Below, in pieces: positions 18,215 through 25,833 of a DNA stretch of 37,386 nt. Each line of letters begins with the position of its first letter. The stretch's first letter is position 1. Origin of the DNA: an uncultured Nitrospiraceae bacterium (GTDB lineage Bacteria; Nitrospirota; Thermodesulfovibrionia; UBA6902); assembly GCA_964626925.1 (NCBI GenBank), contig CAZVHL010000001.1, forward strand, positions 1-37,386, written 5' to 3'. The notes under the pieces were generated by a model, which saw only the letters and a list, made by a program, of their open reading frames with translations, was not told where the DNA came from and did not search any database. A program made the position numbers and the translations under genes.

Positions 18215-20239
18215 TTGAATATCCTATCTTATATCATAGTCAACCTGTTTTTATTTTCTTCATGGTATATCTTTCTCTTTAGTAAAAAAGAGCTCATATC
18301 ATTTGTTGACAGGATTATCGGGACATCTGTCCTGGCTCTTTCACAGATAATATTATCAGCATTATTACTTGGTGTTCTCTTCAATAAGCTCTATGCTTTT
18401 CCTCTTTTCACTCTGAACATATTTGTGTCAGCGGTTATATTGATCATCACTGTTTTCAGCTTGAAAAAAACTGATTCTGGAAACAAACAGGTTTTCTTTG
18501 CCGCAATCATCTATGAATGGAAGGATAAGATCAGCAATCTGTTTAAATTGCTGAAGGGTGACGTGATATTATGCTGCTTATTTGGTCTGCTGGTATTGAT
18601 GATATGCTGGACAATAATGCTTGGATACCTTTTCCCCTCCTATACATGGGATGCCCTGTGGTATCACCTTCCGATTGTGGGGTATATCATGCAGAGCGGG
18701 GCTATACAGGAGGTTCCTAATTACTCTTTTATTAACCAGTGGATCAACATGTTTCCAAAGAATATCGAGCTTTTCTTTTTATGGAATATTATCTTTTTAG
18801 AAAATGACGTAATTACAGATTTAAGTCAGCTCTTTTTTACTCTTGCCGGTGTTGTAACTATTTATAGCATAGCTTTGAAAGTGGGAATAAAGAGTAAATA
18901 TGCTTTGTACTCTTCTTTCCTTTTTTTCTTTACACCTGTAATGATTCTGCAATCGACGACAAACTATGTAGATGTTGCAATATCGGTTTTGTTTCTAATA
19001 GCAATAAATTTCTTAATGAGAGACAGTTTTGAGACAGGCGGGGAGAGCAGGAAAGAAGTTGCATATCTCAAGCAGAGGAAATATTATCTCATCTTTGCTG
19101 GGCTGACAACTGGTATATTGCTCGGAGCGAAAAGTTCCGGCCCCCTGTTTGTGGGAATTTTATCTTCTGTTATTGTAGTTCAGGAATCTAAAAAACTCTG
19201 GAGTGCTTTTAGATCTGACCCAAAGTACACTTACTATCAGCTTGCAAAAAGTCTGAAGATGTTCTTTGTTTATTTCTTGCCACCTGTACTATTGCTAGGT
19301 ACTTACTGGTACATAAAAAACTGGGCACTGAATAATAATCCGGTATATCCGATGCAGATATCTTTTCTGGGCAATACTATTTTTGAGGGACTGTATAAAG
19401 GGATCGTAGAGCCTGCGCCCGAGAGTATTAATAGATTGTCGTATGTAACAAGACCTCTCTATGTGTGGATCGAGAATGTTCAATATTACCTATATGATTC
19501 ACGGTTAGGCGGACTCGGTCCGATCTGGTTTATTCTTTTTTTGCCGGGTGTTTTACTCTCGATCGTATATGCCATGATTAACAAAAAATATAATTTTCTG
19601 GCAGTGAGCATAATGCTTGTAATTTCATTTCTTATATACCCGAGGAACTGGACTCCACGCTATGTGATCTTCATCGTGGGTCTTGGAGCGGTGTCTTTTG
19701 GTTTTATGCTGAGTCATTTTGGTGACAGGAGAAGGGTTATAACAATTTCGGCACTTATACTTGCAGTATATACTTTTTTTACCGCTAATTCCCCATGTAT
19801 CACTCCTGAGCAGATAAAGACTTTTATGCAGTTGCCTGCCAATGAACGCACTCTTGCCCGACACAAACCTTTTAACATAGATTTACATGCCAGACAGGAA
19901 TATGGACACTGGATATGGATAAGCAATAATATCGTGAAGGGCGATACTCTTGTGCATACATTTGAGCCTCTATTCTTATCACCATTATGGGACAGGTCAT
20001 ATATCAGTAACGTAGTCTATATAAAGCTTGATTCATATAAAGAGTGGTTAGCAGAGCTGAGGGACAATAATGCGACTTATGTGCTGGTCAGAAGAAACTC
20101 GGAAGAAGATAGATGGATCGAAAGGGAAAGGAATCTCCGTTATTCTATGGGGTGGCTGATGAAGATTGAAGAAAAATTCAGGGTAGTATATTCAGATGAA
20201 AATTATAAAATAGTAAAATTTCTGGAACTAAAACAGTGA
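18215..20239 (+). CDS. Large polytopic membrane protein, GT-C-like (ArnT/PMT-type) glycosyltransferase candidate with a C-terminal soluble domain
   Basis: More than 10 predicted TM segments. An acidic/aromatic loop motif YTWDALWYH follows a TM helix. The ~120-aa hydrophilic C-terminus and the pairing with a small polyprenyl-phosphate-type GT2 fit GT-C enzymes. The TTG start directly after the TPR stop is uncertain. Confidence 0.5.
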   Translation: MNILSYIIVNLFLFSSWYIFLFSKKELISFVDRIIGTSVLALSQIILSALLLGVLFNKLYAFPLFTLNIFVSAVILIITVFSLKKTDSGNKQVFFAAIIYEWKDKISNLFKLLKGDVILCCLFGLLVLMICWTIMLGYLFPSYTWDALWYHLPIVGYIMQSGAIQEVPNYSFINQWINMFPKNIELFFLWNIIFLENDVITDLSQLFFTLAGVVTIYSIALKVGIKSKYALYSSFLFFFTPVMILQSTTNYVDVAISVLFLIAINFLMRDSFETGGESRKEVAYLKQRKYYLIFAGLTTGILLGAKSSGPLFVGILSSVIVVQESKKLWSAFRSDPKYTYYQLAKSLKMFFVYFLPPVLLLGTYWYIKNWALNNNPVYPMQISFLGNTIFEGLYKGIVEPAPESINRLSYVTRPLYVWIENVQYYLYDSRLGGLGPIWFILFLPGVLLSIVYAMINKKYNFLAVSIMLVISFLIYPRNWTPRYVIFIVGLGAVSFGFMLSHFGDRRRVITISALILAVYTFFTANSPCITPEQIKTFMQLPANERTLARHKPFNIDLHARQEYGHWIWISNNIVKGDTLVHTFEPLFLSPLWDRSYISNVVYIKLDSYKEWLAELRDNNATYVLVRRNSEEDRWIERERNLRYSMGWLMKIEEKFRVVYSDENYKIVKFLELKQ

Positions 20240-20397
20240 AGGAAAAAGACAGAAAAGACATATATTTTATTCTGTATATTATTGCAGTGCTGGTTATGGC
20301 TGTAATATATTTCACAGTATCCGGCAGGAAACAATTTATAGAAAATCAACTGGACTGGTGGGGAGAGCTGTGGGAAGTTGTAAAGGGATTTATCTGA
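20236..20397 (+). CDS. Hypothetical 53-aa single-TM membrane protein (not in the ORF track)
   Basis: The GTG start overlaps the upstream TGA (GTGA coupling). Translation: MKEKDRKDIYFILYIIAVLVMAVIYFTVSGRKQFIENQLDWWGELWEVVKGFI, i.e. a charged N-terminus, one TM helix and an amphipathic tail. Confidence 0.4.
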   Translation: MKEKDRKDIYFILYIIAVLVMAVIYFTVSGRKQFIENQLDWWGELWEVVKGFI

Positions 20398-20482
20398 AAA
20401 ACAGGACAATAACTCTTGTACATTATGGTTAGATTTATCGCATCTAATGTTAGTATAACGTAGACAGAACTAGCTTCAGATT

Positions 20483-21175
20483 ATGTTAGACAATAAAAAA
20501 ATAGCTGTGATAATTCCTGCGCTTAATGAGGAAAAGACCATACCGCTTGTTCTTAGTGACATTCCTGAAGATTTAGTTGATGAAGTTGTAGTTGTGGACA
20601 ATGGAAGCAATGACAAAACTCCTTCAATAGTCAGGGAAAAAGGGGCCACTCTTTTATTTGAACCCAGGAAAGGTTATGGTTATCCCTGTCTTAAAGCAAT
20701 AGAATACCTTAAGAATAAAAAGCCGGACATAGCGGTATTTCTTGACGGAAATTATAGCGACTATCCTGATCAGATAATTAAACTTGTTGAGCCTATTGTA
20801 AGGCAAAATTATGATATGGTGCTTGGTTCGAGGGTCATGGGGCAAGCGGAGAAAGGGTCCCTCAGGGTTCCTGTGCGCTTTGGTAATTTTCTGGCAACAG
20901 CGTTAATAAGAATATTCTATGGATTTAACTATACAGATCTAGGTCCTTTCAGGGCGATTAAGTTTGACAGGTTACTGGAACTTGATATGAATGACAATCT
21001 TGGATGGACGATAGAGATGCAGGCAAAGGCGGTCAGGAAAAAATTTAAAATAACCGAGGTGCCGGTAAGTTACCGGGCAGGCACAGGTAAATCAAAATTT
21101 ACAGGAAACATAAAAGGCATAGCTGTTATAGGATATAGAATAATGTATGCCATTTTCAGGAATCTGTTTTACTAA
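20483..21175 (+). CDS. Small soluble family-2 glycosyltransferase (polyprenyl-phosphate sugar synthase-like, DPM1/ArnC/GtrB-type core)
   Basis: GT-A fold N-terminus IAVIIPALNEE....VVVVDNGSNDKT. The DxD-equivalent position reads FLDGNYSD. Confidence 0.75.
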   Translation: MLDNKKIAVIIPALNEEKTIPLVLSDIPEDLVDEVVVVDNGSNDKTPSIVREKGATLLFEPRKGYGYPCLKAIEYLKNKKPDIAVFLDGNYSDYPDQIIKLVEPIVRQNYDMVLGSRVMGQAEKGSLRVPVRFGNFLATALIRIFYGFNYTDLGPFRAIKFDRLLELDMNDNLGWTIEMQAKAVRKKFKITEVPVSYRAGTGKSKFTGNIKGIAVIGYRIMYAIFRNLFY

Positions 21176-21420
21176 TGAAATCTGATAAAAACAATATCAG
21201 TGAAATGAAACTTCAGGCAGAGGATATAATATGTATTTCATGTGCAGAGGACATGGAAAAGATTCTGCAGGAAACAGAAGGGATATTGGAAGCTTCGGTA
21301 AATTATTCAGACGACAGTATATATGTTCGGTATGATTCGGATATTATTAATCGAAAGCAGGTTTATTTAGCTGTGAGGAAACTCGGAACTATCCGTAAAA
21401 TAATTTCAGAGTTGAAATAA
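21175..21420 (+). CDS. Small HMA-like (ferredoxin-fold, CxxC) protein
   Basis: The pattern IICISCAEDMEKILQETEGILEASVNYSDDSIYVRYD......AVRKLG follows the heavy-metal-associated domain layout with C20-x2-C23. The ATG overlaps the GT2 stop by 1 nt. An alternative start exists at 21205. Confidence 0.5.
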   Translation: MKSDKNNISEMKLQAEDIICISCAEDMEKILQETEGILEASVNYSDDSIYVRYDSDIINRKQVYLAVRKLGTIRKIISELK

Positions 21421-21448
21421 TAATTTTTCTAACTATCACATAATGTGA

Positions 21449-22207
21449 CTAAACAATCACAACTGAGTCGTCAGTGCCAAAATCATTGGGTGCGTAAACA
21501 TCTGCCTTCCAGTCATTCTCCCATCGGTCGCCGTCGATAAAATATTTAAATCTGTAATCTTTATTGCTTTCCAGGTCCAGTGTTATCGAAAAGTCACCGT
21601 TTTTCAAACGGGTCAGGGGTGTTTTAGTTGTGTCCCACCCATTAAAATCACCAACTATTGTTACTTGTTGAGCATCCGGAGCCGCATCCTTCGGAAGTCT
21701 GAACGTAACTTTACACAGAGAACCGCTTTTAAGGTACTGTTTTACAAAACCTAATTTAGAAGGCGCTGACAAGGGCTTGCTTTTCTTTTCAGGCAATTTT
21801 GATGCTGCCTTTCCTTTTTTCTTGAGTAAAATAATATCTGCATTATCTTTGCTATATATATTATTGACAGGGATATTTGCATGAGAGGATATTTTTTCTA
21901 TCATATCACTCTGTATATCTTTACCATCCATTTTGATCTTAATTCCAGCCAAACTTTTATCCCCAAGCCTTCTTTTCCATACTACGTCACCAATTAGAGA
22001 AACTGCTGAACCACTCTTAGGAAACTTAAGATTCAATTCCAGATTTTCTTTTAGCATAAAATCAAAGTCCGGAGCCTCGAGACCAAGTCCCTCACACGAA
22101 AAATTCTTAGTTAACCCCAAAGTATAATCTGTTGCTCCATTTGAATGTCTGAATTTTACAATAAGAGGGAGGTCAAATCTTTTAAATTTCCTTTTGTTTG
22201 TTAGCAT
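21449..22207 (-). CDS. PilZ domain (c-di-GMP receptor) fused to a CBM48/AMPK-beta-type carbohydrate-binding module
   Basis: RKFKR (RxxxR, residues 6-10) and NFSCEG ([D/N]xSxxG, 35-40) are the PilZ signature. A Lys-rich linker follows. Residues ~166-252 (VTFRLP...VTIVGDFNGWD...GDFSITLDL..YRFKYFIDGDRWENDW) match the glycogen-binding-domain pattern. A good AGGAGA RBS precedes the gene. Confidence 0.8.
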   Translation of the reverse strand: MLTNKRKFKRFDLPLIVKFRHSNGATDYTLGLTKNFSCEGLGLEAPDFDFMLKENLELNLKFPKSGSAVSLIGDVVWKRRLGDKSLAGIKIKMDGKDIQSDMIEKISSHANIPVNNIYSKDNADIILLKKKGKAASKLPEKKSKPLSAPSKLGFVKQYLKSGSLCKVTFRLPKDAAPDAQQVTIVGDFNGWDTTKTPLTRLKNGDFSITLDLESNKDYRFKYFIDGDRWENDWKADVYAPNDFGTDDSVVIV

Positions 22208-22462
22208 CCTTTCTCTCCTTTCATAGTGATTCAGTTATTAATTAACTGCAGATTATTTATAGACTTTATTGGAATGTATCGTACAAGTCAAATTAAAATT
22301 ATTTATAGATAATATAAAAATTATTAATATTCTAAATGTGTAACTGATTCATATTGTAATAATACGATTTTATACATAATTATGTTAAAAGAGGGGCCTC
22401 ACTTTTCGCAGAGCAGAGCATAGATAATAATAATCTGCATTATAATTCTGACTGTGATCAGG

Positions 22463-22491
22463 TTGATAATACTTTGTTGCTTCTTTAAACT
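22463..22491 (+). promoter_or_regulatory. Candidate sigma70-type promoter of yajQ-cysES
   Basis: TTGATA (22463-22468) - 17 nt - TAAACT (22486-22491). A GGGAGG RBS lies 8 nt before the ATG. Confidence 0.35.
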
Positions 22492-22524
22492 AAATGTTTA
22501 AATTCTGATGGGAGGTCTATATCT

Positions 22525-23019
22525 ATGGCTGAAAATTCGTTTGATATTGTAAGTAAGGTAGACATGCAGGAAGTGACGAACTCTGTGCAACAGGCAATGA
22601 AAGAAATTAAACAGAGGTTTGATTTCAGAGGCAGCAAAAGTAATATAGAACTGGATCATGGGAAAAACGAGATTGTTATTGTGTCTGATGATGAATATAA
22701 ACTGAAAAGTGTAGTAGACGTGCTACAGAGTAAAATGATTAAAAGAAAAGTACCGCTTGAATCGCTTAATTATGGAAAGATTGAGTCTGCCCTCTCCGGA
22801 ACGGTTAAACAGTCTGTTGCTATTCAGCAGGGAATACCGACCGAAAAAAGCAAGGAAATAGTAAAGATGATAAAGAGTTCAAAATTGAAAGTCCAGTCTG
22901 AAATACAAAAAGACCAGTTGCGAGTGCGGGCAAAAAAAATCGATGACCTTCAGTCGGTTATTCAGCTATTAAAGGAGAAAGAATTAGGCATACATATAGA
23001 TTTTGTGAATTATCGTTAG
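22525..23019 (+). CDS. yajQ: YajQ-family (UPF0234) nucleotide-binding protein
   Basis: SFDIVSKVDMQEV....RFDFRGS... and KMIKSSKLKVQSEIQKDQLRV align closely with E. coli YajQ. Confidence 0.9.
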   Translation: MAENSFDIVSKVDMQEVTNSVQQAMKEIKQRFDFRGSKSNIELDHGKNEIVIVSDDEYKLKSVVDVLQSKMIKRKVPLESLNYGKIESALSGTVKQSVAIQQGIPTEKSKEIVKMIKSSKLKVQSEIQKDQLRVRAKKIDDLQSVIQLLKEKELGIHIDFVNYR

Positions 23020-23042
23020 ACAGGGTTTAAAGGATTCAGATT

Positions 23043-25160
23043 ATGGGATTTTGGAATGACTTAAGAAATGATTATCAGGCTGTTTTCAGAATGGATCCGG
23101 CAGCCGGCAATATGATTGAAGTCATCTTGTTATATTCTGGATTTCACGCTATTTTTTTTCACAGGATTAATCATATTCTATGGAACATGAAACTTCCGGT
23201 TTTGCCGAGGTTTTTGTCACAACTGACTCGTTTTATTACTGGAATCGAAATCCATCCCGCTGCAGTTATTGGTAAGGGTTTTTTTATTGATCACGGGATA
23301 GGAGTTGTCATTGGTGAGACTGCGGAAATAGGAGAAAACTGCCTTCTTTATCAGGGAGTTACTCTGGGGGGCACGGGGAAAGAGAAAGGCAAGAGGCATC
23401 CGACCCTGGGGAATAATGTTGTTGTAGGCGCCGGAACAAAGATCCTTGGGGCTATAACAATAGGAGATAATGTAAAGATTGGCGCTAACTCTGTGGTGTT
23501 GCAGCCTGTACCGCGGAATGCCATAGTTGTTGGAGTGCCTGGGAGGGTGATCAAGAAAAAGATTGTAAAAATGTTAGATGAGGGACCGGTGGAAATGCTT
23601 GATCATGTGCATATTCCTGACCCTCTTGATGAAAAGTTTGAAGAGATTAAATTACATATGAATGAACTCGAAAGGAGAATAAGCACGTTGGAAGGCAAGA
23701 GAGGAATAATAAAGATTTTTAACACTATGAGCGGTAAGAAGGAAGAATTTATTCCTCTTGTTCCGGGAAAAGTAAATATGTATGTCTGCGGCATAACAGC
23801 TTACGATGTATGTCACCTGGGCCATGCGCGCAGCGCTGTCGTCTTTGACGCAATAAAAAGATATCTCAGATACAGGGGATTTGAAGTGACCCATGTCAGG
23901 AATATAACAGACATCGATGACAAGATTATTGCAAGGGCGTCAGAGGAAAAAGTTACTACCGAAGAAATTGCGCGCAAATATACTGAAGAATATTACAGAG
24001 ATATGGAGCTGCTGGGTGTAGGCAGTGCGGATATCGAACCAAATGCCACAGACCACATTAAAGAGATGATAGAGACGATTCAGGTGCTTATTGATAAAGG
24101 CTATGCGTATCCTGTTGATGGAGATGTCTATTTTGAAGTCAGCAAGTTCAATGGTTATGGAAAACTTTCTAAAAAGAACCTTGATGATCTGATGGCAGGA
24201 GCGAGGGTTGATGTTGATAAGAGGAAGAAAAATCCACTTGATTTTGCTTTGTGGAAGGCTTCAAAAGAAGGTGAGCCATGGTGGGACAGTCCGTGGGGAA
24301 AAGGCAGGCCGGGGTGGCATATAGAATGTACAGCCATGTCTTCCAAATATCTCGGTGAAAGTTTTGATATTCATGGCGGCGGGGCTGATCTCATATTCCC
24401 ACACCATGAAAATGAAATAGCGCAGAGTGAAGCATACTCAGGCAAGCCATTCGTGAAGTACTGGATGCATAACGGATTTATCACTGTAGATAAAGAAAAA
24501 ATGTCTAAATCGCTGGGGAATTTTTTCACTATCAAGGATATTATTGATAAATTTGAACCTGAAGTAGTGAGATACTTTCTGTTGACAGCTCATTACAGAA
24601 GCCCTATAGAGTTTTCTGATGTCCAGTTAAATGAATCGGAGCTTTCGATCGACAGGTATTACACGACAGTGATGAGAATAAATGACTTTATCGAAACTGC
24701 TGGAACTGCTGAAAAGATCCCGGCAGCAGCTGAACTTGTGGACCTGCTTTCTTCTTTTAAGGATAAATTTCATCATGCTATGGATGACGATTTTAATACA
24801 GCACAGGCATTAGGATTTATTTTTGAACTTATCAGAGAGGTTAACAGGTTTCTTGATTCCAGGCCATCGGGCAAGAAAGCCGTGGACCTTGTTCTCCAGA
24901 CAAAAGGGCTTCTTGCCGAAGTCGGTGGTGTACTGAATATTTTCAACAAAACACATGAACAATGGTATAGGGCTTTGATGAAAGTAAAAAACATAGACCT
25001 GTCTGAGGAAGATCTTAATAAGAAGATAACTGAAAGAGAAAACGCCAGAAAAGATAAAGACTGGACAGCGGCTGATAAAATCAGGAACGAGCTTGAAGAA
25101 AAGGGTGTTATTCTTGAGGATAAAAGAGACGGGACAATGTGGAAGATCAAGGTCGGTTAG
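23043..25160 (+). CDS. cysS: Fusion protein: serine O-acetyltransferase (CysE, residues 1-~217) + cysteinyl-tRNA synthetase (CysS, residues ~222-705)
   Basis: The N-terminal part resembles Bacillus-type CysE (FRMDPAA, FITGIEIHP, FIDHG.GVVIGET, hexapeptide repeats, C-terminal HIPDP...helix). The C-terminal part begins IIKIFNTMSGKKEEF and has HIGH (CHLGHAR) and KMSKS motifs. There is no stop codon or in-frame ATG at the junction. Confidence 0.9.
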   Translation: MGFWNDLRNDYQAVFRMDPAAGNMIEVILLYSGFHAIFFHRINHILWNMKLPVLPRFLSQLTRFITGIEIHPAAVIGKGFFIDHGIGVVIGETAEIGENCLLYQGVTLGGTGKEKGKRHPTLGNNVVVGAGTKILGAITIGDNVKIGANSVVLQPVPRNAIVVGVPGRVIKKKIVKMLDEGPVEMLDHVHIPDPLDEKFEEIKLHMNELERRISTLEGKRGIIKIFNTMSGKKEEFIPLVPGKVNMYVCGITAYDVCHLGHARSAVVFDAIKRYLRYRGFEVTHVRNITDIDDKIIARASEEKVTTEEIARKYTEEYYRDMELLGVGSADIEPNATDHIKEMIETIQVLIDKGYAYPVDGDVYFEVSKFNGYGKLSKKNLDDLMAGARVDVDKRKKNPLDFALWKASKEGEPWWDSPWGKGRPGWHIECTAMSSKYLGESFDIHGGGADLIFPHHENEIAQSEAYSGKPFVKYWMHNGFITVDKEKMSKSLGNFFTIKDIIDKFEPEVVRYFLLTAHYRSPIEFSDVQLNESELSIDRYYTTVMRINDFIETAGTAEKIPAAAELVDLLSSFKDKFHHAMDDDFNTAQALGFIFELIREVNRFLDSRPSGKKAVDLVLQTKGLLAEVGGVLNIFNKTHEQWYRALMKVKNIDLSEEDLNKKITERENARKDKDWTAADKIRNELEEKGVILEDKRDGTMWKIKVG

Positions 25161-25275
25161 TTACCATTATATATATCACCGCATCGTAATTGATTTTTTT
25201 ACCGAACCGTCGGTTTCGGTATTCAAATACCATTAATGTCTTGTTATTTCATAGGAAAATAAATTAAATTAAAAA

Positions 25276-25791
25276 ATGGCCTTGCTTGAAATTAAAAAGT
25301 ATCCGGATGCCGTGTTACAGCAGAAAACAGAGCCTGTTTCAAAGTATGATGCTGAGCTGCAGAAACTGATTGACGACATGATAGAGACTATGTATGCTGC
25401 GCCCGGAGTGGGACTTGCAGCCAACCAGGTAGGTGTGTCCAGACAGCTGGCTGTTGTTGATGTGAGCGCCAGGGATGGAGAAAGTTCCCTGATGGTTCTC
25501 ATCAATCCTGAGATTGTATGTATAGAGGGAGAAGAGGCATATGAGGAAGGATGTTTAAGTCTCCCTGATTATACAACGGTTATCAAACGGGCAATGAAAG
25601 TTACTGTAAAAGGAACCAACAGGCATCAGCTACCGGTTGAAATAGAGGCTGAGGGAATTCTTGCAAGAGCGCTTCAGCATGAGATAGATCATCTTAACGG
25701 TGTTTTATTGATTGACAGGATCGGCCGCATTAAAAAAGAGTTCTTTAAGAAGCGTTATGCACGCGATAGGGCTTCAGGCAGGAAAGATTAA
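25276..25791 (+). CDS. def: Peptide deformylase
   Basis: Motifs GVGLAANQVG, EGCLSLP and HEIDHLNG. Confidence 0.95.
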   Translation: MALLEIKKYPDAVLQQKTEPVSKYDAELQKLIDDMIETMYAAPGVGLAANQVGVSRQLAVVDVSARDGESSLMVLINPEIVCIEGEEAYEEGCLSLPDYTTVIKRAMKVTVKGTNRHQLPVEIEAEGILARALQHEIDHLNGVLLIDRIGRIKKEFFKKRYARDRASGRKD

Positions 25792-25833
25792 ACAAAGAAA
25801 CCTCTTCTAAATTCGATATAAACAGGAGAACCC

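Noticed and set aside
21436-21448. Palindrome TCACAT-a-ATGTGA between the convergent HMA-like and PilZ genes, considered as a bidirectional terminator.
   Set aside because: A one-nucleotide loop cannot form a hairpin, and there are no flanking U tracts. It may be a protein-binding site, but nothing supports that.
23695-23715. TAATAA in the +1 frame at the CysE/CysS junction, considered as evidence that the fusion is a frameshift artefact.
   Set aside because: The conserved CysS N-terminal block IIKIFNT is in frame with CysE and has no start codon ahead of it. Both domains are also complete in the single frame. Read-level verification is still recommended.
25200-25221. Hairpin TACCGAACC-GTC-GGTTTCGGTA after cysES, considered as an intrinsic terminator.
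   Set aside because: The T run (25194-25200) precedes rather than follows the stem on the plus strand, and becomes an A run on the minus strand. It is therefore not a canonical terminator in either orientation. It may still be an RNA stability element.
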